From the human T2T-CHM13v2.0 reference genome, Homo sapiens, in the NCBI RefSeq assembly GCF_009914755.1, contig NC_060926.1: 64,000 nucleotides of DNA; one strand, written 5' to 3'. The position numbers and the translations under genes were made by a program. Shown here one piece after another: positions 1-12,240 of this stretch (the stretch's first letter is position 1; each line of letters starts with the position of its first letter). Under the pieces are notes generated by a model, which worked only from the letters and a program-made list of their open reading frames with translations, had not been told where the DNA came from and searched no databases.

Positions 1-390
1 CTGGGACTCGATTTCTCTGAATGGACCTAGACAAATGGTCAGGAGGGAACAGAAAATCTGAATTCTGTCCTCCTCAGAAAGGACCGGGAAGCAACACCTG
101 TCTGTGTTAGGATCCCCATAACTTTGATATCTGGCACCAACATAAACTCTTGGCCTTCAATCACAAATGAATCCCCAGCACTGTAAGGAGAGACTGATAC
201 CAGAAAGACAGGAGAAAGTGGCCTTGAGGAGGACAAGGGAGGCTTTTCTGGTGGAACCAACAAGCCACGCAAGACTGGAAGTTTTATCAGACTCTTTTCA
301 TCCCACACATCCATTTTTCAAATCTTGATTCTAGGTCGTTCATCTTTGTTCATTTCTGTTTCTTTTGCTGGGCTATCTTAATAGCGTCCT

Positions 391-771
<381 letters not shown>

Positions 772-913
772 CTAAAAATTTTAGATTATTTGGATAATCT
801 AAAGCATTTATATATTCTCTTATAACATTCTTCAATAACCCCCCTTCCCCATACCAAACGGCTGAGAAGGGTATACAAGGTCTATCGTCTATCATTACAT
901 GGTTCCACCCTGA

Positions 914-1237
914 TTTTCTTTTTTTTTCTTTTTTTTTTTTTTGAGATAGAGTCTCTCTCTGTCATCCAGGCTGGAGTGCAATGGTGTGATCTTGGCTCAC
1001 TGTTGACCTCCATCTCCTGAGTTCAAGCTATTCTCCTGCCTCAGCCTCCCAAGTAGTTGGGATTACAGGTTATATGCCACCATGCCCGGCTAATTTTTGT
1101 AGTTTTAGTAGAGACGGGATTTCACCATGTTGGCCAGGCTGGTCTCAAACTCCTGACCTCAGGTGATCCACCCGCCTGGGCCTCCCAAAGTGCTGGGATT
1201 ACAGGCGTGGGATTACAGGATTATACGGCACCTGGCC
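914..1237 (-). mobile_element. AluS (Sx-like)
   Basis: Poly-T followed by a reverse Alu body with CCTGACCTCAGGTGATCC. TSD-like CC(C/T)GATTTTCT on both sides. Small internal duplication of GGGATTACAGG near 1195-1220. Confidence 0.93.
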
Positions 1238-2004
1238 CGCCCCGATTTTCTATTCTTATGTCTTCCGAATGTTATATAATTATTTAGAGATTAGAAGTAG
1301 ATGACTTACCAGAAAATGTACTGCTAAATAAATGAAAAAGAAACATGTTACAAGCAATTTGAAAATTTTGCATACGGGCAGTTTTTTAACAACTTTTAAG
1401 CACTTTCAAGCTTTTATCTGTAAAACTTTTCATCAGGTTTTTTTTTTTAATGTTTTCTATGCATGTACCTGGTCAGTTTACAATATTTATACTTAATTTT
1501 ATATTTTCAGTCTTCTGCAAATACTTCTTTAGTCCATATTAAAACAATCGTGCCAATTTTAATTTCAAGTGATTCAATTATATTTTGAATGTTGTCTCTA
1601 ACTTTACATAAACTCTCTGAAAACAAATAAGCCCTAAAATAAATATTTCAAACTCTTAATTCACATATTGATAACGACTATGCATTATAGGTTGTTGTCG
1701 TTTTTTTTTTTTTTTACAGATTTAATTAGTTTGCATTTATTTTTAAATTCCTCATAATAAATAATACCTAATTTTTCTACTTGGTCATATTTTTACTTCA
1801 AAAAATACCATAGCATTGATATAACACTTTACATGAAGAATATATAGGAATACTTACAACCCGGATAAAAGAATAGTTAATATTTTCTATTTGTTAGTAT
1901 TTGAGAAAATATTTTAAAATTTCAAAAAATATTAGAAAATTAAACAAAGTGGAAAAATTATCACTAGGATTTATTCTGAAATAAAACACTTTTTATTTAA
2001 GTTT

Positions 2005-2063
2005 ATTTCAGAATAAAAAATAAGTTTTAATTCTGAAATAAAACTTATTTTTTATTCTGAAAT
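2005..2063. repeat. Perfect AT-rich inverted repeat (25-bp arms, 9-nt loop)
   Basis: 2005-2029 ATTTCAGAATAAAAAATAAGTTTTA is the exact reverse complement of 2039-2063. Confidence 0.95.
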
Positions 2064-2419
2064 CCCTATGTTTGGCTAAATATTTTTTGTAAATGGAAAA
2101 TAGTTATAACTGGGTAGAATATAAAGTTAATGTATATAAAAATGGCAAAATAACTTAGAAAATTAACACCCCCCCAAAAAAATTTAGTAAGATCATATGC
2201 AGAAGATGTTGGTAACAATGTGAAACTACAAAAAAGTAGAGGAAAATAAACAGAACTGCCTACATAGGCAATTCTAAAAACAGATATGAATAATTACATG
2301 TTCACATACTTTGTGAAATTAATATTTGTCACACTATATGATCAAGTGACGAAGAGTGTCTAAAAATCTTTAGGTTGGATTGATATGTTGGATTTATTTG
2401 TCATCACATAATTTAAGCT

Positions 2420-3260
2420 CTCATCACCCATCTAAAACTGTATACACTTGCCCCTCCATATTGCCTCTAATGTTTGACTTTTCAGAGACAGCCACTCAAA
2501 ACACCTTTCATAACCACCTATGTGACTTGACATATGTACATGTACACAGATATGTGAACTTCCTTTATATAAATGGGATAATAGTATATGCATTATTATC
2601 AGTTCAGCTTGTTTTTAACCTCTTTCTGTTTCAGAGCATATTAATATTCTTTTTATTTTTTCCATAGTATTACATAGTATAAATGTATCACATTTTATGT
2701 TTCTGTAATGTCTTTGTCTGTTTGTGGGTCTAAATTATAAAAATCAGAAGTGTATTTCTCACAGTTCTGGAGGCTGGGAAGTCCAGATCAAGATGGCCGC
2801 AGGTTTGGTGTCTGCTGAGGGCTGCTTTCTGCTTCCAAGATGGTCCCTTGTTGCTTCGTCCTCCAGAAGAGAGCAACACTATGTCTTCACATGGCAGAAG
2901 GGATGGAAGGGAGAAAACCCACTCTCTCAAGCCCTTTATAAGGTCCCTAATGTCATCTTCAAGGCTTCTTCCCTCATGACTTAATCACCTTCTAAAAGCC
3001 CCAGCTCTTAATACAATTACATGAATGGTTAAGTTTCAACACATGGATTTTGGGAGGCACATTCAGACCACAGCACCTAATGACTGCCATTAAGAATTTT
3101 CCCAGCTTTCCTATTTTACAGTGTTCCTGTTTCCTCTATTACATCATTGCAGCAAAGAATGTTCTTCAACATACATTTTTTGTGCACGTGCATTTTCAAA
3201 GATTGTTTTCCTAGAAGTGTTATTACTGATTTGAAGGTTATGCCCAGTTCAAATGGTGGC
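2420..3260 (-). mobile_element. Old L1 (L1ME-like) 3' fragment, interrupted by a MaLR LTR
   Basis: Degenerate L1M 3' motifs (AAATGGGATAATAGTATATG; CCTAGAAGTGTTATTACTGATTTGAAGG) on both sides of the LTR. Confidence 0.5.
2709..3075 (-). mobile_element. MaLR solo LTR (MST/MLT1A type)
   Basis: TTTCTCACAGTTCTGGAGGCTGGGAAGTCCAGATCAAG and ACATTCAGACCACAGCA, with TG...CA termini. Confidence 0.88.
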
Positions 3261-3287
3261 GAAGAGTCATTGAAAATAAACTAAAAC

Positions 3288-3595
3288 GGCCAGGCGTGGT
3301 GGCTAACACATGTAGTCCAAGCACTTTGGGAGGCTGAGGTGGGTGGATCACTTGAGATCATGAGTTTGAAACCAGCCTGGCCAACATGATGAAACCCCGT
3401 GTTCACTAAAAACACAAAAATTAGCCAGTCATGGTGGGAGGCTGAGGCAAGAGAATTGCTTGAACTTGGGGGGCGGAGGTTGCAGTGAGGCAAGATTGTG
3501 CCATTGCAGTCTGCACTCCAGCCTGGATAAGAGTAAGACTCTGTCTCAAAAATAAATAAATAAATAAATAAATAATTAAATAAATAAAATAAAAC
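3288..3595 (+). mobile_element. AluS with a right-arm deletion and (TAAA)n tail
   Basis: Alu dimer. The right arm jumps from CATGGTG to GGAGGCTGAGG. Confidence 0.92.
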
Positions 3596-3828
3596 ATTAA
3601 ATGTGTCCTTTCCTAATATTTTAAAATTACTGCCTCTCTTTAAAAGTGAATTTTCTATGTAATTCCAAGAATTATAACCACTTCGAAAAACTACGAGTAG
3701 GCTGGATGAGTATCTTCTTTTTCCTTTATAGTAAATGAATCATTTACTGTGATGTTGATATTTGATATGTGGTGTGTGGTGTATGTGTGTGTGGTATGTT
3801 TATAACTTGTGTCGGCACACATATACAT

Positions 3829-4298
3829 GTGTTTCTTAGGTGGGAGCCCAGCAAAAGCAAATGGCACTCTTGACTTGGGTCATTTGAGGAGAGTTAAATG
3901 AACTACTGTTTACAGAGTCATGGATGGGGTTTAGGAGATTAAGCAGGATAGCACAATACCCTGGAAGGAGGCTTAAAGGACCAGGAAAGGGGGCACTTTG
4001 TGAATTTAGAGAGAGTAATTCTATAGAGTGGACTACCTGACGAGTGTGGTGGCCTTCCTTGAGGGGCACAGCCATCTCTGGATCTCCACAGGGAGAGAAG
4101 AGGGATACATAAGTGACTTGCACCCATCTTGCTCTGAGAGCTCCTGCTGTGGCCTCCTCTTGCTTAAACCTGTGTGAAAGGCAGAGAGTGATGCAGCTCA
4201 TGGCTTATCTGTAATGATCTACCTCCTGGAGCAAATTCAGGGTGATAACCGGAGGAGTGGCATCTGGGGCAACAAATGAAAGAAAAATAACAGATGTG
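3829..4298 (-). mobile_element. ERVL solo LTR (LTR33-like)
   Basis: Matches the remembered reverse LTR33 layout: AAATGGCACTCTTGACTTGGGTCATTTGAGGAGAGTT ... GGCATCTGGGGCAACAAATG. Confidence 0.7.
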
Positions 4299-4304
4299 TT
4301 CTGA

Positions 4305-4331
4305 GTGTGTGCGTGTGTGTGTGTGTGTGTA
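4305..4331. repeat. (TG)n microsatellite
   Basis: Seen directly. Confidence 0.9.
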
Positions 4332-5712
4332 TGCAATATTAGTTTTTTTCCTTTGGCTTTAATAGCAGAATCACTTTTATAACAAAATGTTACAAAGAAC
4401 AATAGATGAAACACAAAAACAAAGCTGTTTCGTTTGAGACAAAGGCAGGGAAGCCTGGGGCCCTACCTGAAGCACGTTCCCCTATCTTCCTGCAACCTGG
4501 ATAATATAGTGTGAAAACTACTGCATTAGTGGGATATATTGTTACAGGAGCATGCAGTGAATGGAATATGGTACACCTTTACATCATCACCATGAAGAGT
4601 GTACAAACTAATCTAGCAGACATTTTTGTTTTTGAAACTGTGAACTGAAAAACAATCTAATAAGCCACTTGTGGCATTGTACTTCCTTGAACATTATAGA
4701 CTCATAGAACACTACAGCTGAAAACGGCCTTCTACTGTAATATCATGGTATGATGAAGCCTTAATCATACATAAGATGAAAGCTCATACCTCTAAGGTAC
4801 ACTTGGTGAACGGTTTTATTATTATGGTTACATATAACAGCATGCTGACAAGGTATGCCATTTTTTTTGAAAGTTGTTGCTAATCAGAAGCAATAAATAG
4901 AGAAGTAATCAACTTGTGTACAAACATGCTTATGATGTAAATAAACTGCTACCCTATACACAGATCGAATAGTTTCTACTTTCATAAAATCTCTTAAGAT
5001 GAAAAACCCTGGAAACTTCCCATTATGCACATTAATTATTATCTTACATATAGTATTTGCAGTTTCAAATACAATACCCATGTTATTTATTCCTGGGAAA
5101 GTAGCTAAAGTTGAACAAAAATGAAAACTCCTAGTAGTTAGTAAACTGTTTATTTATCTGTAACCTCAGGGAAATGTTGGCAATTTGGAAGTAGGAAAAG
5201 TGAAGCAAAATATATTGCTAAGTTAGCAGTTGCAACCTAAAACAATTCTTGCACCAAATACGTTCGTCCCTTTATGAGTTATTACGGCAATTGTGAAAGG
5301 CCTTTATTACTACTCTCTGAATTTTATTCTATATATCAACTCTGACTGTGTTGTGAACTGCGCGTGGCTGGCCTGTAGAGATCATGTGCCTTTAATAAAT
5401 GTCAATATGATGACCTAAAAGAAATGGGATAGTCTCCATCTAAGACATTTTGCCCCTGCCACTTTGGTATCTACTTGCCTTTGCAAGGTCTCAGTTTCCT
5501 CTTTCCTCACATGACCTGCTGGGTAGTATGTGTGGCCACCAATAGGTGATGTAGATGAAACCTCTGTAAAGGAATGGCACACACGGATGGAGACTGTGAA
5601 CAGTAAATCCTGAATATCTTTTGGAATAATCAAGATTTCAAATGAGTTTTTTTAAAAAGGGATTTTTTTAAAGTAGCTCTTATCTTACTTTTTCACCATG
5701 TGATGATAGTTT

Positions 5713-5720
<8 letters not shown>

Positions 5721-5746
<26 letters not shown>
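5721..5746. repeat. (TG)n microsatellite
   Basis: Seen directly. Confidence 0.95.
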
Positions 5747-5747
<1 letters not shown>

Positions 5748-5856
5748 TATACTCATCTGCTGTTTGTGCCCCTGCCAGTCCTCGAGCAAACTCTTGTTCC
5801 TGGCTTCCCTTTTTTTCTTACCAATGGTGCTTCTGATACTATTTATTCTTCTAGAT

Positions 5857-6057
5857 CAGCACTGGCCAATATGGTAAAATATGAATTTTAAATTTAAGTT
5901 AATTGAAATGAAACATAATAAAAAAAATTCAGCCTCCGAAGCTGCACCAGCCACATTCCAAATGCCCCATAGCCCCATGTGCCTTGTGGCTCCTGTATTG
6001 GACAGAGCAGAGGTAGAAGGCTTCTATCATCACAGAAAGTTCTCTTGGATGGCACTT
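5857..6057 (-). mobile_element. MER3-like hAT-Charlie MITE
   Basis: CCAGCCACATTCCAAATGCCC...TATTGGACAG...CAGAAAGTTCTCTTGGA, with 8-bp TSD TTCTAGAT/TTCTAGAC. Confidence 0.85.
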
Positions 6058-7508
6058 TTCTAGACCTCCACACTGGCAGTTTTCCTTATAGAAAAAACCA
6101 TTGTCTCTTTCACGCTGTCAGTTACAAGACCTGACTCTTCTTTGATAATGTGTCTTTTTCTCCTCCATTCTTCCCACTTCCACTATCCCCATAAGGTTCA
6201 CGTCCCACTACTCACCCTACGAATCATTGCTTCGTCTTACCTAATCTATTTCCTTCCAGCTCCCCTCCAGTCCAATCCCTTCTAGGTTCATTGCTGAGCT
6301 TCAATTAAAAATTCAAAAACAGTTGAAACAAGTTATCTCCCACATTGAACTCTATGGTCTTCAGAAACCTGCCCTTAACTTGGAATTCACACAAAAATAG
6401 AGCAGAAGAAGTTTCTTTAAATTTTTTCATCAATTTTAAACTTGAAGAAAACCGAGTAACTCACCAGTATTGTTACTTCTTTCATTTTTATTATTAGTTA
6501 AATTTCAAAACCTGTATCTTAATATACATAACATATGCTGTGCAATAAATTAATTCGTGATTAAATCCTCATATTTTACATTTGTTGCCTTGTATATAAA
6601 ATGACCTTTGAAATAGTAATGTAGCACTAATTATGTTTTTCACTTGATGTAAAGTGCTTATAAACTACCTCACATAACTACAAATTAAACTACAGAGTAA
6701 TACTTTGTATGTTGAATTCTTCTTTCCAAAAGCTCAGGGACCTTTAGAGAAATAATTTTATTAATCTTCACACATCTCTGAGATGAGATGGTTGGTTTTA
6801 ATTATCCTTCCTTCTGCATTTGGGAAAGCTGTACGGATGGCATTTATCACTGAAGTATATAGGCACGGTACCAAGAATGCTATGTTAATACAGAGTAGCA
6901 TAAAGCCTGGAAAACCATCTCTTTCATCAAATATACATTATTGTTGAACATTTCAGAAGTTCCAAGCCGGTAGGAAATGAGCTGCCTTCTGTTCTGTTCA
7001 GGGGTACCAAACACCTCACTTTATCTGTTCAATATTATAATATAGTGATCAGATCTCCAGGGACGTTAAGTCAGGGAATTTAGTACAGAACTTAAAAAAT
7101 GTATGTACCTTCTGCATCTCTTCTCCTGGGTCCTCAGATCTGCCTTATTTTTACTTATGCTCAAATTAATATCACATCCATCTCTTTGTTCTAATTATAA
7201 ATTTAAATTTAGGGCAACACAGACTACATAACCAACCTCTTCATTATTTTTCCATGAGCCTTGGTTCAGGAATGGAAAAAAAAACATAAATGCATATTAA
7301 AGAGAAGTTCCATTAGATAAATTAATAAAGGGATAACCCATCAGAGCAGACACTGCAAAGGTATTTTTATGTTTTTCTTCCCCCAAGGATTACACTAAAT
7401 ATTTCCAAGGAGTACACATATTTCCATTATATCTTCACTTCTTTTGAAGGTGTAGTCAGAGGTACAAAATAGCAAGACGAGAAATGAAACAGTTTGGGAA
7501 CAGGTTGA

Positions 7509-7855
<347 letters not shown>

Positions 7856-8664
7856 AGGAATTTTTAAATTCTTCATATAGTGCACTAAGCCTATGAGAGC
7901 TGACAATTTATGGCATTTCCAAAGACACAGGCATGAATCTACTTAAAATAAAGCCTAACCCATGGGTTGACTTTAGCAACTGAGGAATAGAGAGAAGAGC
8001 ACATAGTAGAATGAATTGGCTCACAAGAATTATTAGTAATGTTCACGTAAAGGCATGCAGAAGCTGTGCCTTACACACATGCATATACTTCATACAAACA
8101 AAAAGGCCAAATATATTGAAATATAATGTGCAGAAATAAAGGTATGTAGCTAAACATATCAATAAACAGTATTATTATCAAACATAGTAAAAGAGAGAAA
8201 ATAAACCAAAGGTAGTCCACTGTTTTAAATGTAATTTTCCTAAATTAACATTGTTCGTGGAATTACATAGGGATCTATTTTAAAGAGATTTGTTAATATT
8301 TGAATATGAAAGAGTTAAGTGAATGCTTCACTTTTCTCTCAAGTTCTTCATTTTGCACTTTTTTCATTAGTAGCAGAGCACGAAGATAATGACGAACTAA
8401 GAGAATTCTGAATGAAGGTCTGAAATTTCAAGTTCTCAGCAACCTTTCCTGAGGTATGTCTTCCCCAAAGTTTGGTTGCTTTGACAGAGTCAGTGACACA
8501 CACTTCTCTTCGATGACACTCCAGGACAAAGTGAGCAGCCTGTGGGCTAGGACTAGTCTGAAGAAATGAAAACAGGAGACAACTAAGCCATGGGTGGAGA
8601 AACCCAGTGAAAACAATCGTAAGTTATCACCAAGCTGAGGAAGGATGTTAAGACTTTGAGCTCA

Positions 8665-9151
8665 TTCCAGCAACAATTCCCAAACTTAGTGTCTGGAAGC
8701 ATTAAACATTTGTGATGTCTTAGTGGGTTAGGAATCTGGGAGCAGATTAGCTGGGTGCTTCTGGTTTAGGGTCTCTTAAGAGTTTGCAAGCAAAGGTGTT
8801 GGCTGGGGCTACACCTTTGGAGGATGCTCTTCTAAGCCCACTCACAAAGCTGCTAGAAGACCTCAAGGGCACTTACGTGGACCTCTCCACAAGGTTGATT
8901 CACAGCATGGCAACTGTTTCCTTCCAGAGCAAGTGACCCAAGAGAGAGCAGAACACAGCACCCAAGATAAAAGCCACTTTTTCTCTAGAGCCTCATCTTA
9001 AAAATGACTTCCCACCACCTCTGTCATATTCTATTTGTTAGACATTAATTAACATGTACAGCTGGCCCTCGAAGGGAGGAAATGGCACAAGAGTGTGAGT
9101 AGCACTGAGGTAGGTAGATTACTGGGGCCATTGTAGGTGCTACCTACCACA
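8665..9151 (-). mobile_element. MaLR LTR (MLT1F-H type)
   Basis: CCCAAACTTAGTG, GGAATCTGGGAGCAGATTAGCTGGGTG, CCAGAGCAAGTGACCCAAGAGAGAGCA, ending CTACCACA. Confidence 0.75.
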
Positions 9152-9229
9152 AGGACACTGTTGTTACTTTTGTATATTTTATGTCTGGTAACTCAAAATT
9201 TTCAGAGACCTCAAGGTACATGCTTTAAA

Positions 9230-9385
9230 TTCAATCTGCACAGCAACTCTTTGAGGTCATCAGAGTGGTTCTTGGAGCTGGGTCATTTTGTATTCAAGCA
9301 AAATGGGACTCAGTGAGACTAAGTAACCTGCTTAATCACAACCAGTAGAAAATAAAAGTAGATTCAGGTTTTCTAACTCAAAGTT
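9230..9385 (-). mobile_element. MIR fragment
   Basis: GACTCAGTGAGACTAAGTAACCTGCTTAATCACA resembles the reverse MIR core. Confidence 0.5.
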
Positions 9386-9971
9386 TTCCCATATTTTGAA
9401 GTTAAAGTTGATGCCATCCCATGAGATATTTTCAATCTAATGGGAAAAAAATGTGAAAATGAAGTGCTAAGTTGATTGTAGCTCAGGACTGGGGGGACAG
9501 GAGGTGGGGTGGAAAAAAGGATACAAGAGCTGGATGTGGAGGTTAGTGATTTATTTATTTTGAGTAAATCAGAAGGGAAAATCATTTTAAGTCTATCCTT
9601 AGAGATTTTACACAACAGGATGGAAATGTCAGAATTATGTCTTTAATACAATTAGATAATTTGGGGATATATAATGGAGAATGGCTTATACCAAGTAGCT
9701 AATCAGATACTTGTGGCATGATGAATTATGGTTTTGGAATTTTGTTTTGCAATCACACTTGTATGATGTTGTATTAATATTATGGATTTTGAATTGAATA
9801 ATGGAGTTCAAATTGCAGTTGGGGACTCACAAGTGTCCTTTTCATTCTGTGTTTATAAATGATTGTTGCCTAAATAGCATACATCTTGTGGTGTCCTTTT
9901 GAAGTACCAAAGAATAGGGGCCTCTCTGAGTAGGGAAAACCACCATGATGCTTTGTGATATGAGGTTAGAT

Positions 9972-10102
9972 GAGAGTTTCCCTGCCTTGGCACTAGCGAC
10001 ATTTTTGGCTGGATAACTATTTGTTGTAGGTGCTGTCCCATGCATCATAAGATACTTGGCAGCCTCCCTGGCCTCTACTTATTAGATGCTAGTAACACCC
10101 CT
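9972..10102 (-). mobile_element. MER20 (hAT), partial
   Basis: GGCACTAGCGACATTTTTGGCTGGATAA...TCCCTGGCCTCTAC...AGATGCTAGTAACACCC. Confidence 0.8.
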
Positions 10103-10103
10103 G

Positions 10104-10128
10104 CACACACACACACACACACACACAC
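10104..10128. repeat. (CA)n microsatellite
   Basis: Seen directly. Confidence 0.95.
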
Positions 10129-12166
10129 GTTTCAATGTATGTTGTTATTTTATTGCTGTGAATTTGCCACATGCCATCCTGCTGAGAATACTGGGCTTTA
10201 TGTCAGTCTTAACTTCATTCATTACTCCTGCAATAAAGGAAGGGATATAGGTTAGATGTTGGAAAGTACTGTAAAAGCTGTGACCATTTGTAACCTCAAA
10301 TGACTGCAGATGAGTCCTTCGGTCCAGACCTGCGGTTTGCTGGTTAGCTAGGCAATAACTGGAAGCGACAGGAGAACGATGCCAGCAGATGACTAATTAT
10401 ATGTGCATGTTTTGGATTTGGGCAGCATTTTATGAGAGGGAGGGCTCTTAGGAGGCCTATAATTAGGTTTCTTTTCTTGTTGCTAAAACTGATTCTGGAG
10501 AATGTGGCTTGGTGTGCAGCAAAGTGGGCTTTCTATTACTGAACTCTACTAATGACAGTCTCACCCACCCAGGACCCGGCAGCGTAGGATGCTGCTGGGG
10601 GTCAGTCCTATAAAACGATTGGCAAGGGAGAGCCAAGGAGAATGACTGCTTCCTGTGGGGAGTTACAAGAAAGGAGAGCGAGCTGGTAGAAAGTAGAGGG
10701 ATGGGGAAGAAGCATTTCCTTTAATGCTTATCAACATTGTTATTCTCCTTCATGGAGATTTATTCTAACAATGTCATTTCCAAAATAAATTATATTTTCT
10801 TTCAGAGAGGTCCAAGAGTCAATCTCACGGGATTCCTCTAAAAAGTATAAGAGCAGTAGTAACCTGGGATCATGGTTCTGTGAGATGAATCAGGGTCCTG
10901 GAGTCCTCTGGTGAGAAATAAAGTAAATGGGTAATTAAACAGGCCTTTCATCTAAATCGGATTAATTGCCCAATGCAATTGGATTCTAGATGATTATAAG
11001 TGAAATGTGCACTTCTAAGAAATGGTCCTAAGGACATCAGTCCCAATAATATTACAACATTGGGAAAATATGATTTTTTTCAAGATAAAATAATTTGCTG
11101 CCCTCCCTTCCAGGAAAAACAAATGATGAGGATATCCGTGTAAACAAAAGTATGACATTCCCTGTGTGAAGCTGGAGGGACACAGTTAAAGGAAGAACTC
11201 GCGATTTGGGTCATAGAACATTCCTTTGAACAAAAAAGAACGTTGATCAACACACATGCCCCAGACTTGGAACAAAGTGAATTATTGAAACCAGGGGCAG
11301 ATGTAGACCAGATAAAACACACCAGGCACCAACATGGAAGCAACATGAACTCTGCTCTGTAGCAGATGATACATCAAACTCAGAGCCGCTTTTTCAACCC
11401 AGTATGGCTCACGTATTTAAAGAGGGAATGATTAGGAATGAAATTTGCACTTGAATATATGTGGTCCTTATTAATCTTGGTCAAATCTGGGGAGCAAATC
11501 TTTTTCCAAATCCATTGAGCTAAAATCTAGGCAGCAAAATTTCTTCCATTTTCACAATTTCCTCCTCTTCCACCCCCCTACACATATGAGATACAGTGAA
11601 GTGACAGAATACAGGTAACCAAACAGACTCAAACATTCCATCTAGAAAATGGAATTACCTGAATGTGATTAAATTGTACAAAGTCTTAAATGTTACAATG
11701 AGTGTTCACCAGCCTCCTGAAATATATCAGGGCATAGTTCATAAATACAATGGTGGCCTTCTTCTTTTATGGTGGCCTACAAAAAAGAACATAGAAAAAT
11801 GAATCACCTCTAAATATTTTGAAAACTGATTTGAAATCACCCGAAGAGTGAGCAAAAAGGAAGTAAGTACAAGGCCAAAAACAGCATAAAGAATTGAAAA
11901 GGGATGAAATTGTAGGAGTGAGGCAAGGAACTTCAGTTACAAACCAAAATACAGGGACAGTTGGAACAAATTGATCCTCTTTTCATTTAGAGAGGGATAG
12001 AGAAGTGTAGCAACCTAGTTGGAAGCTCACCATTCTGAGTTCCTGAGCAATGCCAGTCACCAGTGCTTTGGGAGGGCCAAAATTCTGTCTACAATCTGAT
12101 CTTGGGTGTGTTAGGAATTCACAATTTATCCACAGAGGCTGGAGTGCAAGATTTCAACCTGTGCAA

Positions 12167-12240
12167 GTGTGTGAGAATGTGTGTGTGTGCACACGTATGT
12201 ATACACACGTATGTGTGCATGTATATGTGCGTGTGTGTGG
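12167..12240. repeat. Imperfect (TG)n/RY tract
   Basis: Seen directly. Confidence 0.85.

Noticed and set aside
39-314. 91-aa minus-strand ORF (MDVWDEKS...)
   Set aside because: No recognisable family and no supporting gene structure; length is within chance expectation.
780-803. 10-bp-arm hairpin TTTAGATTAT-TTGG-ATAATCTAAA
   Set aside because: Short and AT-rich; weak evidence of anything beyond chance.
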